A DNA stretch of 64,000 nucleotides from Tubiluchus corallicola (GCA_030141605.1 JAQGDQ010000156.1:310001-374000); one strand, 5' to 3'. Positions 11,972 to 25,714 are shown, numbered from the stretch's first letter. Made by a program: numbers and translations. Notes: generated by a model not told the origin, from the sequence alone.

Positions 11972-14900
11972 TTTAATGCTTTGCTTTAAAAAAGCCTTTA
12001 TTTTAATGATGTACTGGACATAATAGTAATACTAATAGTTATTATTTTACCTTGACGGTTTTTCTATTTTACACTGTTTTTATATCGCAAGACGCAAAAC
12101 ATTGCTGGCCGTTCTGGTGACATACGACCACGAATTCACATGATCACGTATGATCGCATAATTAATAATTATTATTTAAGTTGCAGAATAGCATAATTAA
12201 TTAATGGATTCTTTCAAAATGGAAACCCAAATTTGCTTGCGCAATGCAAACTGTCTCACTAAATTACCATTTCAATTTGCATTTTGCTGTGCTTTTATAT
12301 AATGCAGCTGCTCATGTAGTGAAAGCTGATATCTGAAATGTCACATCATGTTTTGCATAACTTATTACAGTTTTTCAAACAGATAAAATTGACTAGTCAG
12401 TAATGTAACAATGATAATATTAGTCAATTACATAATTCTCCATCTCCCTATTTCTCTATGCAGATAAAAGGTCTATGTATGTGAGATGTTTGAGCCAAAT
12501 TTGGACAACTTAAGATATTAGTATAACTATAGGCATAAGTGATTTAAAGGAAAAAGGAAATTTAAAGACTTTATGGGGATTTGAATGCAGCCATTATCCT
12601 TAATTTAAGGAAATTAAGTAATTAAAAAGTGAAAGACAAGAGAAGCTCAAATATGCAAATGTGAAAATGAGTGTCCAGAGCAATGTACACATGCTGAGAA
12701 AAAACTAATAGTGCAGTGGCGGACTGGCTATAAAAATGACAAAAATGATAAGGTGATGCCCGCTAACCTCACATATCCTTAGTGGCCTCTTATACTGTCA
12801 CATAGCCTAATCACAATGCATCACACAAGCATAGGCACACCTGTCTGACAAGGTACAGTGTTATATTTGATAGCAGACTGGTGGCAAAGTTGACCACATT
12901 TGGAATTCAAAATAATTATTCTTATATGGTAAGTGAACCAAAAGAGTTAAACACAAACCCAGCAAAATTTTTGGTTGAAAACTAAATAAGACAAAAACTG
13001 CATTTACAAATGTTACTAAATCATGAAATGTAGCATGTGCAATCCTGAAATACCTTTTTAGAGAGGAGTTTCACCTGAAACTTTAACAAGCTTCCCCTTG
13101 GTGCCTTCATTTGCCCTGTAACCAATCTCAAGCCAGTCTATCCCGGGAAAGACAAATTTTGGGGAATAGTTCAAATCTGTTTCTAAAAGAACATCTATGC
13201 TATACTATACACAGTAAGCCTATGCAGTTTAGCAGTACAGCAATGCAGCCTGGATTTATAGTAAATATTTTTTGTTGTTGGAAAATGTAAGGATGCTAAG
13301 TAGTGGCCTAGGAACTGATTAAGCAACTCTCGTTTTTATTGTGAAACTGTAATTATTGGTGAGGTGAATATCTGTTGTTGAAATTTGTACAGTAAAGCTT
13401 ACAATTGACCAGGCAACTTTCAAGATCTCCCATTCAGCATTCTATAGGAGCAGATGGGCTTTTTTGGTTTTCAAACTGAGTTTACGTAGTTCTGTTTGAC
13501 TAAGTTACAGGATGTAGACAAATTTTTTAGACATATACATGTAGCCATTGATTTACAACCTATGCGACTTAAGACTGTTCGACTTTACTACCCGACCGCA
13601 ACTTTATTAATTAATGACACAAAACCAACTATAACTCATATTTCCTTCTATCTCCTATTTTTTAAACAAATTAACTTTAAATCGCCGTCTGCTTCGATCT
13701 TACAATCAATCCTGCAGAACTTGTTGTGGTCGTGTTAAAATCGATGACTACTTGCATAGAAATATAGGAACAAAAGTTGAAAATCAATGATATTTTAGGA
13801 TGTACATAGGAAGTTTGGTAGATAGGCCAAGCCTCTTTACGTGCTCTCATATGTCCTTTTTATGGAACAGTATTTAGCTAACACACCACAAACAACATTA
13901 ATTTGTGACAGAAAGTTTATAGCGGACTAAAAGCTATTTTATGTCTAACTAACTATGCATACACACGCTTTCTCAGGTTTTACATTACCCTTTGTACCGA
14001 GGCTGTAAAATAAGTGTAGCTAAAACAGGTATGGTAAAGCCAACATGTTCTGTTGTTTTGCTCGGGGGCATTATTCATAAATCATAGTCTGTATCTTGGG
14101 GACTGTGCTGCTTCTATAGTATTTACAAACATACTGTCTTGAAGACAGCAAGCGAGGAGAATGTAAACAGATAACGGAACTCAAGAATTTTTGCAAGTAA
14201 TTTCATGTCCGATGACCAGTGAACAGAACAATTCCTGATAAAAGTTGTACCACTAAATTAATACACGAAAGAAAGCAATTGGATCTTTATTAGAACTAGT
14301 TCCTTTTAAAAATTTGTCATTTTAAGTGCATTGAACAGGCCCTCAAGCTCTGTGCTTTGTGCAGACAATTAGTTGCCATTTTGTAGATACATGTATTTCC
14401 TCCTTAGCAGATATAGGTAATTATCGTGTAGCACTGAGCCATCAGTCCTGCTTAAAGTGCACATACGGGCTGGAAACTATGCCTGTACAATTGCTGGCTG
14501 TTTTCAAAATGAACATCTAATGCAGAAAGTAATATTACCAGCAATATTAACTTTACATCGTATATATATATATATATATAAGTATCATCATAGATTGACT
14601 GTGGAAGCTATACTACTTCAGCTAATCTGTTAATGAATGATTGCTTTAGGAAGAGCAGAAACATCGTGAATGTAGTGGTATATATACAATTGCTCTCTTT
14701 TGTCTACATCTTGTGGTTACCATATTTTGAATCTAATCTATAGATTTTGTCAGTAATGCTATTATGGGAGCGCTCTGATTGCTGATTTGAGTATCATCTT
14801 AATAGTTCTTTAGAATATGTATCATGTTGTTGTTTGAAAAATCTAGAAAGAGAAACATTGCATTTCGTTAAACAGCTATTGAATTGTTTTATGTCCAATG

Positions 14901-16315
14901 AAGATTTTCTTTTATTTTTTTTAGTCACTGTTATCTAGATTTTCTTGTCCCAAAGGTACTCAGCTACATCGAATACTTGCATTTTAGTCTATGTGTAACA
15001 CTCTTGCATCATCATTCCATTAGTTTTTTTGGTACTACATGTATTAGGTTTGAACTCTGTCGCACACGTTTATAGCTGAAAATAGTGCTTGTGGGTGAGT
15101 TGTGGCATCAGCCGTCTCTAGAGCCTAGAGTGTTTATGGCTAGATTCGCTTTTTAACTTAAAGTGTTACAGCTCAGCTAGTTGAATAAGCCATTAAAGGG
15201 TGTTGTTAGCTAGGTCATCAAATGTTACAACTTTAACGGACTTTGTCCGACTGTGAATAGTACTTAGTACTTTGACGTTTATTGTTGAGTGGCAATAGGG
15301 TTCAAAGAACGTTGGTATGCCCAAAAGAGAATTTGCTGAAAGTTTTTTATCTTAAATTGTCTTTAAAACAAACGTTTTAACGTTCTCTTTAGTAAAGCAC
15401 TTGCAACAATTTTACAAACTTGAAGGTGATAATTGCAATAATTATTTTTTTGGGAATTTTGGCAAACCGACAACCAACCGTCAAATTATTTTATATATGT
15501 ATCAAAACCTTGTTTACATGCTGTGTGTGTCAGGTTTTCCACATCTTATTTGGAATTTTTTGTTAAATTTCCTTGACAAATAGATGTAATGCAGCTAAAA
15601 TGATTAAAACTCAGGTAGCACCTAAATATTTGCCGATCGTCAGAGTAAATGACGCACATTTGTCAAATTTCATTCTTTGCGGTGTTAGTTTACGTCATAA
15701 ATTATCTGCAGCTGTCACAAACTGATGCATTTTAAATGTCAAGAGTTCTGTTCTCCCATTTCTTTCTTGAATGGCCTTTATTAAATGCATTAGAAGCTGA
15801 CAAATTTAGCAGCATTTGGGTAATGACGTGAGCTGTTTAATATGCAAGAGAAATAATTGCTTAGTTTGTTAAGGACAAAAGTGCTCAATTTATGGATGAA
15901 GTAAGGCAAGCAGAAACAAAGTCATCTAGTTAACTTTCTTATTTTGGACGGAAACTGAAATTGGAGCCAAATACAAAGTCAATGTTGAGTGGTTGTGTCA
16001 GCACAATACCCGACATACCTATTTACCAAGTAATCCTGTTAGATGAGATAGTGAGGCACTAAACCAGCAGAGGTGTCTTAGCTAACATGAATGTATACGT
16101 CTTGTCTCAATGAGATAACAAGCTAGAGGCAGCAATTTACAGAATTCCAGAATTTCCACTAAATCTGGTCCAAATTTGAAGAACTGATCCTATGCAAACA
16201 TTTGCGTATGTTCATACTCAGTGTGTTGCAGTGCAATTACAATAAACTTAATTACCAATTAAGGAACAGAATTAGTTGCCACTGCTCAGAATGCTGTTGA
16301 AACATTTGGTGTTTC

Positions 16316-16406
16316 CTTATAGTGTTAATTGGTTTATGAAGTAGATAGACACAGTCGAAGGTGAATCCTTATAATGTTAATTGGTTTATGAGGTAGATAG
16401 ACACAC
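16316..16406. repeat. Short direct duplication (about 39 bp, two copies)
   Basis: ccttatagtgttaattggtttatgaagtagatagacaca and ccttataatgttaattggtttatgaggtagatagacaca, just upstream of the 16449 acceptor. Confidence 0.85.
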
Positions 16407-16476
16407 TTTAGACCTGTAACTACTTGATGCTGCTTTATTACATTGCAGGTGCAAGACAGTGGTTTAATTAGTATCA

Positions 16477-17049
16477 ATGGATGGTAGTGGCAGTGCTGGA
16501 AGTAGCAGTCATCATTCTCCTAAGCAATCCTGCGGAAGTCATCAACAAACTAAGCCAGGAGCCAGTGATGTGCCGCCACACCATCGCGAATCTAATGCCA
16601 GCAACATCGGCAGCAAAGGCAGCTCCAGCGAACTCACATATCATGCTGGTGGAGACAGAGCTCTGAGCTGGGGTGGAAATGCATTACACCCTCCGGCACC
16701 CCCTACGTGTCACCACCGATCCTGTGGAAGCTTGCCATTCCATCCCATTTCTACTGGCAGCGCATATCCTCCCCGGGATCCTCCCAAACTCTCCGATGCC
16801 CCGGTTATTCGACGTCGAAGTGGCATTTCGGTTCTGGTAAGACGCAGCCATCATCTGCCGGAGTTCTTAAAGAGACTGGGAATGACGTCACTCTTACATT
16901 ATTTTCCGGTGGACATGACGGTCATGCAGTTTCGTCGGCTGAACATGGAGGATTTGGTCCAAGATTACCATGTCTTTGACGAAAGCGATCGGAACAAGTT
17001 ACTGAAAGCCATCATACAAGCGCGGGAAGATGCTGACAGAGAAGATGAG
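16477..17049 (+). CDS. First coding exon with Ser/His/Pro-rich N-terminus and SAM-like domain; probable N-terminus of the MAST-family kinase
   Basis: Exon begins after cattgcAG at 16449. An in-frame TAA at 16465 precedes ATG 16477. LPEFLKRLGMTSLLHYF...FRRLNMEDL...DRNKLLKAI fits the SAM five-helix pattern. Phase-0 donor GAG|gtgggg at 17050 fits the acceptor at 51813. Linkage to MAST is inferred from phase and gene order. Confidence 0.75.
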
Positions 17050-17566
17050 GTGGGGAATTTTTACACTGTTGAACTTCTTAGATTGCTAGTTACCTTTGTT
17101 GCACCTGTTGTTCCAAATTAAGGTTTTTGCATTTTGTTTCATGTAAGTTTCAGTCCATATTCTCTAGGTTATTTCAGCCGTTAATTATTCAAGTTCATTT
17201 GAACTAACTATACTTTATTGCAGAATACCTGTTAGCATTCATGCAAGTGAGTATCAAGCCAAAATACAGACTTTTATCAAAACAAGCAACTTGTAAATCC
17301 ATTTCTGCTAAATTTTCCAAATGGGAGCAAAAATAGAACATTCCACGTATAATTTCTTGAACTGATTTTGTGACCTTGAGCCGTTAATTGTGTATCCAAC
17401 AAGAGGTACTAGATACTTGGATACACGTATTAAACTCCTAGGCTGTTAAGTATGGATGTTCTACTTGCGTAAATCATGAACTCATAATTTCGAATCACGG
17501 ATGTGTAGATCCTCACTTCATAATTATGAACTTTTAAAAATCTCTTTCCAGTAACAAAAGTATTTA

Positions 17567-18009
17567 CCGTATTTTCCCGTGTATAAGAGACCCTTTTTTG
17601 CTCAGAATTTTCACTTTAAAAATAGGGGGTCTCTTATACATGGGAGTAAGTCTTTTCAATAAGATGCATAAATTGTGACACTAATGATTTTAAAGAAATA
17701 ACTGCTCTACAACTGTTTTATTTCGAATAATTATAGTTTCCTTTCAATAAATCTTCTCCATGGCTAAATTCTAATGATAAAATTAATGTACCGGGTAAGT
17801 TATTATTTTTTTAAATGTCTCTTTGGTATTGGAGAGAAATCGATTGTTCTGCAGCCAATCAACGCATCTGCATAAGCTCTCTGCTTAATTTAATGATTTC
17901 TATGATGAATAAAGTTATTCATTACCAAAAAACTTTTTTCGAGAATTTTTGCCTAAAAATTGAGGGGGGCTCTTATACACAAGGGTCTCTTATACATGGG
18001 AAAATACGG
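17567..18009. mobile_element. Tc1/mariner-pogo-type MITE with TA target-site duplication
   Basis: ta|CCGTATTTTCCCGTGTATAAGAGACCC ... GGGTCTCTTATACATGGGAAAATACGG|ta, with internal subterminal repeats of ctcttataca. Confidence 0.92.
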
Positions 18010-20278
18010 TAATCTTCTCTGTAAAACTTAATTTAGACAAAAGTACCAAAAATCATTGCTAGTGAAAATAGTTACACAAATCAGCGATTCTGTGTATTTT
18101 TACTGAGCAGTTAGTGTTTTATTAAGGAGAGCTCTTCGCTTTGCCCAGGAGACATAGCGCAACATCTATCCAGTTCAGCATCATTTAATTATTCCTCATC
18201 CGTTTAGTTGTTGATTGGGTTTAGAGAACCGTGAATGTTTGCTCTGTTGCAGGTTTGATTAGCTGCTTGTATTGGTTGGATTCTCTTATCCCAGCGGCAT
18301 CTAATCAGATCTAAAGCTAACTTGCTTTGAAACTTTAATAATTGAGCACAGTAACTGGTGCATCCATTTTCCAAATAAGAGTTTCATAGTTTTTGATCAA
18401 GTGTAATAGAGGCCTACTTTTGTGTCGATCAAGCCTTGATTGCACTCCGAACACTGTCAGTGCCATTTTCTTTATCTTTTACTTTAACAGGGGCACCTTG
18501 AGTTGCTGTTTTGTGACCTTTATCTTTCACTTGAAACACAGTAGCTGCTACAATTGTAGTGATGTTGTGGACGATCCTTTGCGAAATTTGGTTACAGTTC
18601 GTTTATTTTATGCGTCACATGTATGACAAACATACAACTTTGTCTTTCCATCTCTAAAGCGTGTTATTACTTATTCTTAAAAGCAGTTGTTAGAACGAGA
18701 GTATCAATATTTGAATCAGGTGTGGGCAGCTTTGCTCAGAGTCAGCATTTGACCTTGTCCTTTGACCCATTGACTCAGAAATTTAGCAGTTCGAGTTGAT
18801 GACAATGCGACTGCCAAATTGTCTAGTGTATTTAATGCTACTCGATGCTTGATATGTGTGAGAAAAATGAAATACACTAAGCTGCTTTATAATTTCAACT
18901 TTGACTTTTCGCTATTCAAGCTGTATCAGTTCTGTTTATGTCAAGGGCTGACGCCTTACTGTAATTCGTTCAGTCTTGAAAAAATGTGTGTTTAAGGTAG
19001 ATGGACATCCTTATGGCTCTATGCATGACACTGATAACCCTCTGGGTTTTGAGTCGCAGGCATCAATGTTTCCTTTGATTGAGCCATTAATACTTTGAAT
19101 ACAAGACAAGTCTGCCCTGTGACTCTCTGCGGCTGTGAAAGGCATATTCTTTGCTGGCTTACTGCTGCCTCTCACGCGCTTGATATTGCACGGATTTCGC
19201 GAAGCCATGCAGGCATATACAGCAAGGTAACCTAGGGAATTGGCTTCCTTTGCAATTAGCTGTCTATGTGGTAACGGAAAGACATAGAACTTCCGTGCTT
19301 GAAAAAACGTATCAAAATTCAAAATTTCTGACTTCCCGAATGGCCCATAATTGCTCATGCTGCTGACATGTCGTACATGCACAATGCCCCAACAAGCTTT
19401 CAAGATATTATGGTAATAACTTTTAGAAATTTATCTGCTTGAATAAAATTTAGTCGTATCTAAGTCCTGGTTTGCACAAATGTTCAGCTGCATTCTAATG
19501 CCTTGTTTGTGAAAATTTTTGTCTAGACGTCACTATTAGTTTCTGTATTTAGCATGAACAACATATAACGTGTTTAAAACCAAAATCATTTTTGCAACCA
19601 TAATACCACGTGAAATGGTGTCAGGTAAAACTGTACGAATATTTCGCCATTTAAAGTTTAACACATTAGGTATTAATGTTGGATTACGTGACTGCTGTGA
19701 GCGTGAGATGGATCATAACTGGATGAACTTGCGCTCCTGGCTAGTAGTGATACATTTGCGCAAAACGTTCTCTGATGAAACAGCCTTCGGTGGATATGCA
19801 TTATGCATTAAACTTGGTAAGTTCTGCGAGAACTTTTTCACCGCGCGAGTTTTCACGATGAAGCCACAGCCAGTCTCCGACATCTGCCATTAATAGCCTG
19901 ACGCGTTTTCCCCTTTGAAGAAAATGCTTAATGATTTTAATCAGCAGGTGTTTACGAGTTGTGCTGACTAATCCCGTTATTTCCCAGTCCGCGCCCTTAA
20001 TGCCGTGCGGGTAACAAATTGGCGCGAAGGATGCTGACATTTTGCAAAGACTTTGAGAAATCTAATTGCACACGAAGTCTCCAGTTTTATAGATCTAGAG
20101 CTTTATTTTATACGCCAGATTCCGTAATGGTGCTACCTGGTGTTGCCATAGCAACGTGTGATAAGGTCTGATAAAACAAATTTCCATAGGTTTAATAAAA
20201 TTAACTGATTTTTTTAAGTTCGAGTCTTGAGATTTGTATGCGAAGATCCTATTGTAAGTTTGCGTATTGTATGTTGCT

Positions 20279-20701
20279 TTGCCTAGTTAAAGTTAATGCA
20301 GCAAATACAATTCAGTGGAAGATATTAGTAGAAACTAAGACAAAAAACTTGGCTAGTTAAAGTTAGGCGGCAAATAGATATCAATGAAAGATATTAGTAG
20401 AAACTAAGACAAAAATTTGCCTAGTAAAGTTAGCCAGCAAATAGAAATCAGTGAAAGATATTAATAGAAACTAAGACAAAAATTGGCCTAGTTAAAATTA
20501 GGTAGCAAATACAAATCAATGAAAGATATTAGAAACTAAGACAAAATTTAGCCTACTCAAAGTTAGATAGCAAATACAAATCAATGAAAGATATTAGAAA
20601 CTAAGACAAAAACTTAGTCTAATTAAATTTAGGTAGCAAACACAGATCAGTGAAAGATATTAGAAACTAAGACAAAAACTTAGCTAGTTAAGGTTAGGTA
20701 G
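20279..20701. repeat. Minisatellite, unit about 57-61 bp, about 7 copies
   Basis: Unit approximately gcctagttaaagttaggtagcaaatacaaatcaatgaaagatattag(tag)aaactaagacaaaaatt. A diverged continuation lies at 21277-21332. Confidence 0.92.
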
Positions 20702-21276
20702 TATCGAAAAAATTAAATTTGATGCCAAATAGCTTTAAAGAGAGTGAGAGAGCCTGTCCTGATCGTGCACTGTTAACACTAATTTATGTCTAATTTATTG
20801 CAGTCAGAAAGGTTGCATTACACTTAAACCTTAATGGGTATTGATTGATTTGCTCTTACCTGTGATTTTGCATTAATTGTGCTGTGAAAATAATCCAGTC
20901 AAAAATAGTCATTAGAGAAACATAACGATTTGTATAAATTGTGGCCACACCAATAATACACTTTATTAACAAAATTCAAATTTAACTGTTACATTTTACA
21001 TTTCAAATTAAGTTACAAATCATAACAAAAATAATCACATAATTCACAGCACTTTAAATAAATAATCTCACATATAGGCCTTATGTAAAAAACAAGAAAA
21101 AAGGGGACCACCTTATGTGGTACCTGCTGATAGGTGGTCATCGATCAGCGGTGACACTTCTTTTTTTATAGGCAAGGTTAACTAAACGCGTGGTTACATG
21201 AACAAAGCATACGATCTAAATAATATTGTAAGGCCACCTAAGAAGCCAGGCTTGGTTTAAAGCGGATTTTCCGACA
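20702..21276 (-). mobile_element. Probable solo LTR (575 bp) inserted into the minisatellite
   Basis: 5-bp direct repeat GGTAG at 20697-20701 and 21277-21281. On the minus strand it starts TGTCGGAAAA and ends TTTTTCGATA (an imperfect inverted repeat, CA changed to TA). TATAAAA (21170-21164) precedes AATAAA (20967-20962). The interrupted repeat unit resumes after the insert. Confidence 0.65.
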
Positions 21277-21893
21277 GGTAGAAAATATGAATCACTGAAA
21301 GATATTAGTTGAATCTAAGAGCAAAAGCTGGCATCCAGGTAAAGGTGAAGAGTCTAGTTTTCTTTGTTTTGCAGATTGAACAGGAATAGTTTCTGTTTTT
21401 TTCCTGTGTGAATCGAATTGTTTACAAGTCAAAACGCTTATTGTTTTCCCTGTTTTATTTGTTGTGGACCTAGAATTAGCTGTCCTGAAGTAAAGCGTGG
21501 TGATGCCACTTTTTGTAATGCAAGTTTTCTCACTGTGTTTGTCTATGTCGCCCAGGTTTCTTTTTCCAAATAACTGTGATATCTTGAAGTTCTAGCTTCG
21601 TCGCGCCATTGTATTGACGGTGATGGCTAATGCTGTACTTCTGCATTGCCCTTGAAAGCTTGACTTTTAGATTTCATTATTGATGTTATAAAGTTACACT
21701 GCCAATTCATTTTAGCGTTGCCATCAAGGGAATACATTCGTAAATATATATATATTCGTATTTGAGATAAAACCTAAGGTACTTAGATACATTTGATTAC
21801 TATATATATAGTAATTATATTTATGTGGCTAATTATACCTGTCACTTAGCATAACCGATAAACTGCAGTATCACTTTACAGTAGCTTTACAAT

Positions 21894-22870
21894 CTGTCAC
21901 TGAGCATAAGCATTACAAACTGTCACTGAGCATAAGCATTACAAACTGTCACTGAGCATAAGCATTACAAACTGTCACTGAGCGTAACATTACAAACTGT
22001 CACTGATCGTAAGCATTACAAACTGTCACTGAGCATAAGCATTACAAACTGTCACTGAGCATAAGCATTACAAACTGTCACTGAGCGTAACATTACAAAC
22101 TGTCACTGATCATAAGCATTACAAACAGTCACTGTGCATAAGCATTACAAACTGTCACTGAGCATAAGCATTACAAACGGTCACTGAGCGTAACATTACA
22201 AACTGTCACTGATCGTAAGCATTACAAACTGTCACTGAGCATAAGCATTACAAACAGTCACTGTGCATAAGCATTACAAACTGTCACTGAGCATAAGCAT
22301 TACAAACGGTCACTGAGCATAACAAACTGTCACTGAGCATAGCCATTACAAATTGTCACTAAACGTAAGCATTACAAACTGTCACTAAGCATAAGCATTA
22401 CAAACTGTCACTGAACGTTAACATTACAAACAGTCATTAAGCATAAGCATTACAAATTGCCACAGAGCATAAGCATCACAAACTGTCACTGAGCATAAAC
22501 ACTACAAACTGTCATTGAACATAAGCATTACAAACTGTCACTAAGCATAAGCATTACAAACTGTCACTGAGCGTAACATTACAAACTGTCACTAAGCATA
22601 AGCATTACAAACTGTCACTGAACGTAAGCATTACAAACAGTCATTAAGCATAAGCATTACAAATTGCCACAGAGCATAAACACTACAAACTGTCACTGAA
22701 CATAAGCATTACAAACTGTCACTAAGCATAAGCATTACAAATTGCCACTAAGCATAAGCATTACAAACTGTCACTGAACGTAAGCATTACAAACAGTCAT
22801 TAAGCATAAGCATTACAAATTGCCACTAAGCATAAGCATTACAAACTGTCACTAAGCATAGCATTACAAA
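21894..22870. repeat. Minisatellite, 26-bp unit, about 37 copies
   Basis: Unit ctgtcactgagcataagcattacaaa with recurring variants such as the 25-bp gcgtaac form. Degenerate copies at 21839-21893. Confidence 0.97.
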
Positions 22871-24826
22871 ATAAATTGATCATCAACATTTAACTAAACA
22901 AGCTTCGCAGTACCAGGTGGTAGGAGAACGAAGTAACTCAAAGAATTTGTTAATACCTTGTTGTATACTTTAATAAACTCAGTCTTAGAAGTTTATATTA
23001 TTAACTTTTAGATTTACTAGTCTAGTAAAGCATTACAAGATTATCACTGTAAGATCCTACTCAATGTAAGTCTGTTCGTATGTGCAGGGAAACTACGTTA
23101 TTAGTTGTTCCAGTTAAATAAATGAACATTCAAGGGTTGTATTTGATTACCGCTTGCTAGCGTTGTTGGAAAGTAAGGAAAAGCTTTCAGGTAAGCATGT
23201 TAGTAGATAATGTCATTTTCATGTAGGGCACGCGCAACAGCCCTCCGCGGAAATGAAGCCAAAGAATGGCGTGCTGGCTGCATTGTGAAGCCAAGTAGAA
23301 AGTGGCTACTTGCTTACTTTGTCCATTCCGGTAATTTTCTTCAGATCAATTCGACCTTTAGTTTACTTACAGTTATTGTTGGGGCGGTTCGTGTGGTTGA
23401 AATGAGTGTAGAGAAAAGGCAGAATAAGATTGGCTTCAAAATCTGCAGGTCATAGTATTGCATTGATCCTTAAAGGACATGAAAAGGGGGCACCTGAAGT
23501 AGGTTTCAGAAAAATCGCCTTAAAAAATTATACTACTTTACATCAATTTTATGCATATATCGCACTCGCGTTGAAAAGACGTTTTGTTTGTTTTCATTTT
23601 AAATTTCCCGCAATACTGTTCCGAGGGCACCATTACATGACGTCACATACGCCACGTGAATCAGGGGAACAAAGGCCAACGTTAAATTATGTCCCAAAAA
23701 AACTTTCCATGCAAATCTATGTTACTTAGCATTTCGCTTTCCTGCTCGAAAGACTTATGTAACAAAAATTGATAATTTAAAAGGTTTGTGCCAATTGGTA
23801 AAATGTCGCTGACTCACCCTCCAGCGTGCGCCACTCACTAACCAAAAACGCATTTTTAATCTTATTGACAAGATACAGTAATTTAAAATTTTACTTAGTT
23901 AGCAACATGTATTCAAACGACCTACCATCAAAATGGCTGCGCCTAACGCCTTACTTTGCATTTGTTGAACGGTACAGGTTGTGACGAGTCGACTGACAAG
24001 TACTGTTCTTCCTCAAATAAAGTTTTAATACCAAGTTACTACAGTATAACAAGTCCTTACTAGCAATGAAACATCTGTTAATGAATCTTAGCTTGGTGAC
24101 AAAGTAAAAGGCAAGCGCCCAAGCTAGTTTTAAAAACGTTTTTATTGAAATCTGTATAACAACCTTCGACACTCTGCTGATAAAGCTACTTCTCGCTATG
24201 GCAGAGCCTTGTACGCGAGAAGTTATACGGTTTTAATGAAGGAAGATGTTTTCAAAACTTGCATGAGCGCTTGTCTTTTTGTTTTGTCCGCTGTATTCTG
24301 AGGATGGTTGTATTAGTTGCCAAAAGGCCCTAGTAAAGTGCTGCAATTAGTATGGTGGTGTGTCTGTCTTTAATTGGTGCTGTAAAGTGTGAAATTGGTT
24401 TGAATTTTTGTATGTGTATTATATTAGCGCTGTTGAAATAAATCATGGCATTTCATTATTTTCTAATTTCGTAGTAGATTCAAGGAGAAATAATATCGTT
24501 CTAGAATCAAAAATGGTGTAAAAATATTAGGGAACACTTCCGCATTCCTTCACTTCATTCCCATCACGCCTATTGCGCATTTGTTAGTGATTAATGGGAA
24601 ACTGTGAAAATGTCAGACAGCCTTCCCGGGAAGCCTGTATAGGCCTTTCCTGAATTATAAACAACCTAGGCAAAATGTTATAAGCTCAAAATGATTAGAA
24701 CAGTCAAATGGAACATTGAATTTTATATTTATATTTAATATAATTATCCATTCATTATCCCATCTTTTTGCATTTTTTTCTTTTTATTTTTTAACAAGTG
24801 TAAATAAATATATAAATAAATATAAT

Positions 24827-25222
24827 CTTAGTGAGTCAACTGCAAATTTGAGAAAGCCAACGATAATGGGATTTTCTCAAATTCTCTGGATGGCAGAAGT
24901 AGATGGCAAAGTGTTGATTTTCAATTTTTAATCACAACAAAATTTAATAGAATTATATACATGTATATATTTAATATTCGTATTAATAATAGTAATAATA
25001 ATAATAATAATAATAACAATAATAATGTATATTAAATTTATTAATTAATTAATATTAAATAATAGGCTAATATTAATATATACATGTATATATTTCTATT
25101 AAATTCTGTTTTGTAATACAAAATTTAAAAATAAACACTTTGCCATCTACTTCTGTCATCCAGAGAATTTGAGAAAATCCCATTATGGTTGGCTTTCTCA
25201 AATTTGCAGTTGACTCACTGAG
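24827..25222. mobile_element. Fold-back (palindromic MITE-like) element with about 150-bp arms and an (AAT)n-rich centre
   Basis: cttagtgagtcaactgcaaatttgagaaagccaac...ggcagaagtagatggcaaagtgtt is matched in reverse complement by aacactttgccatctacttctgtc...gttggctttctcaaatttgcagttgactcactgag. Confidence 0.85.
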
Positions 25223-25665
25223 TTGTTGGCGTTACTGTAGTTACTGAATTGTCGGGTTTTCTCCGAAAGGCCGATTTTTCGGTAAGGACATGATCACATC
25301 TGTTGCCAATAATTTTCCGGCAGACACTGTATTGCCAAGGCAGATTTGAAGCAATTTCCCCAAATTAGCCTCCACACTAAGAGAGGGCCAAGAGTCTTGA
25401 ATTGGCGCAAGTTGCATAATTCATAAACATAACAAGGACTATGATATCGTTACATTAGATCAGATATTTTTCAGATCTTGTACGCAACTTATAAAACCTT
25501 AATTTCAGAATTTCTTCTATATAAAAATAGTAGTTAAAATGTACAAAACGAGACATACAGCATCATACGAAAGTTAATTAAACACACTTCGCATATAGCA
25601 CATACAATCACACTCCGCCCAGACATAAAATTGGGCATTGTTAATCTACATATGTATACTAACAT

Positions 25666-25667
25666 AT

Positions 25668-25711
<44 letters not shown>
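25666..25711. repeat. Compound (CA)n(TA)n microsatellite
   Basis: Direct reading. Confidence 0.9.

Positions 25712-25714
<3 letters not shown>

Noticed and set aside
12714-13146. hAT MITE starting CAGTGGCGGACTGGC
   Set aside because: The right end matches only over gccagtc and there is no TSD. It may be a real relic but is too decayed to call.
19011-20040. Cluster of 80-130 aa ORFs in a GC-richer zone
   Set aside because: No recognisable domain and no consistent splice-phase chain. More likely regulatory sequence or old repeat.
21894-22870. CRISPR-like or coding repeat
   Set aside because: Pure tandem 26-mers with no spacers, and the unit length is not a multiple of 3.
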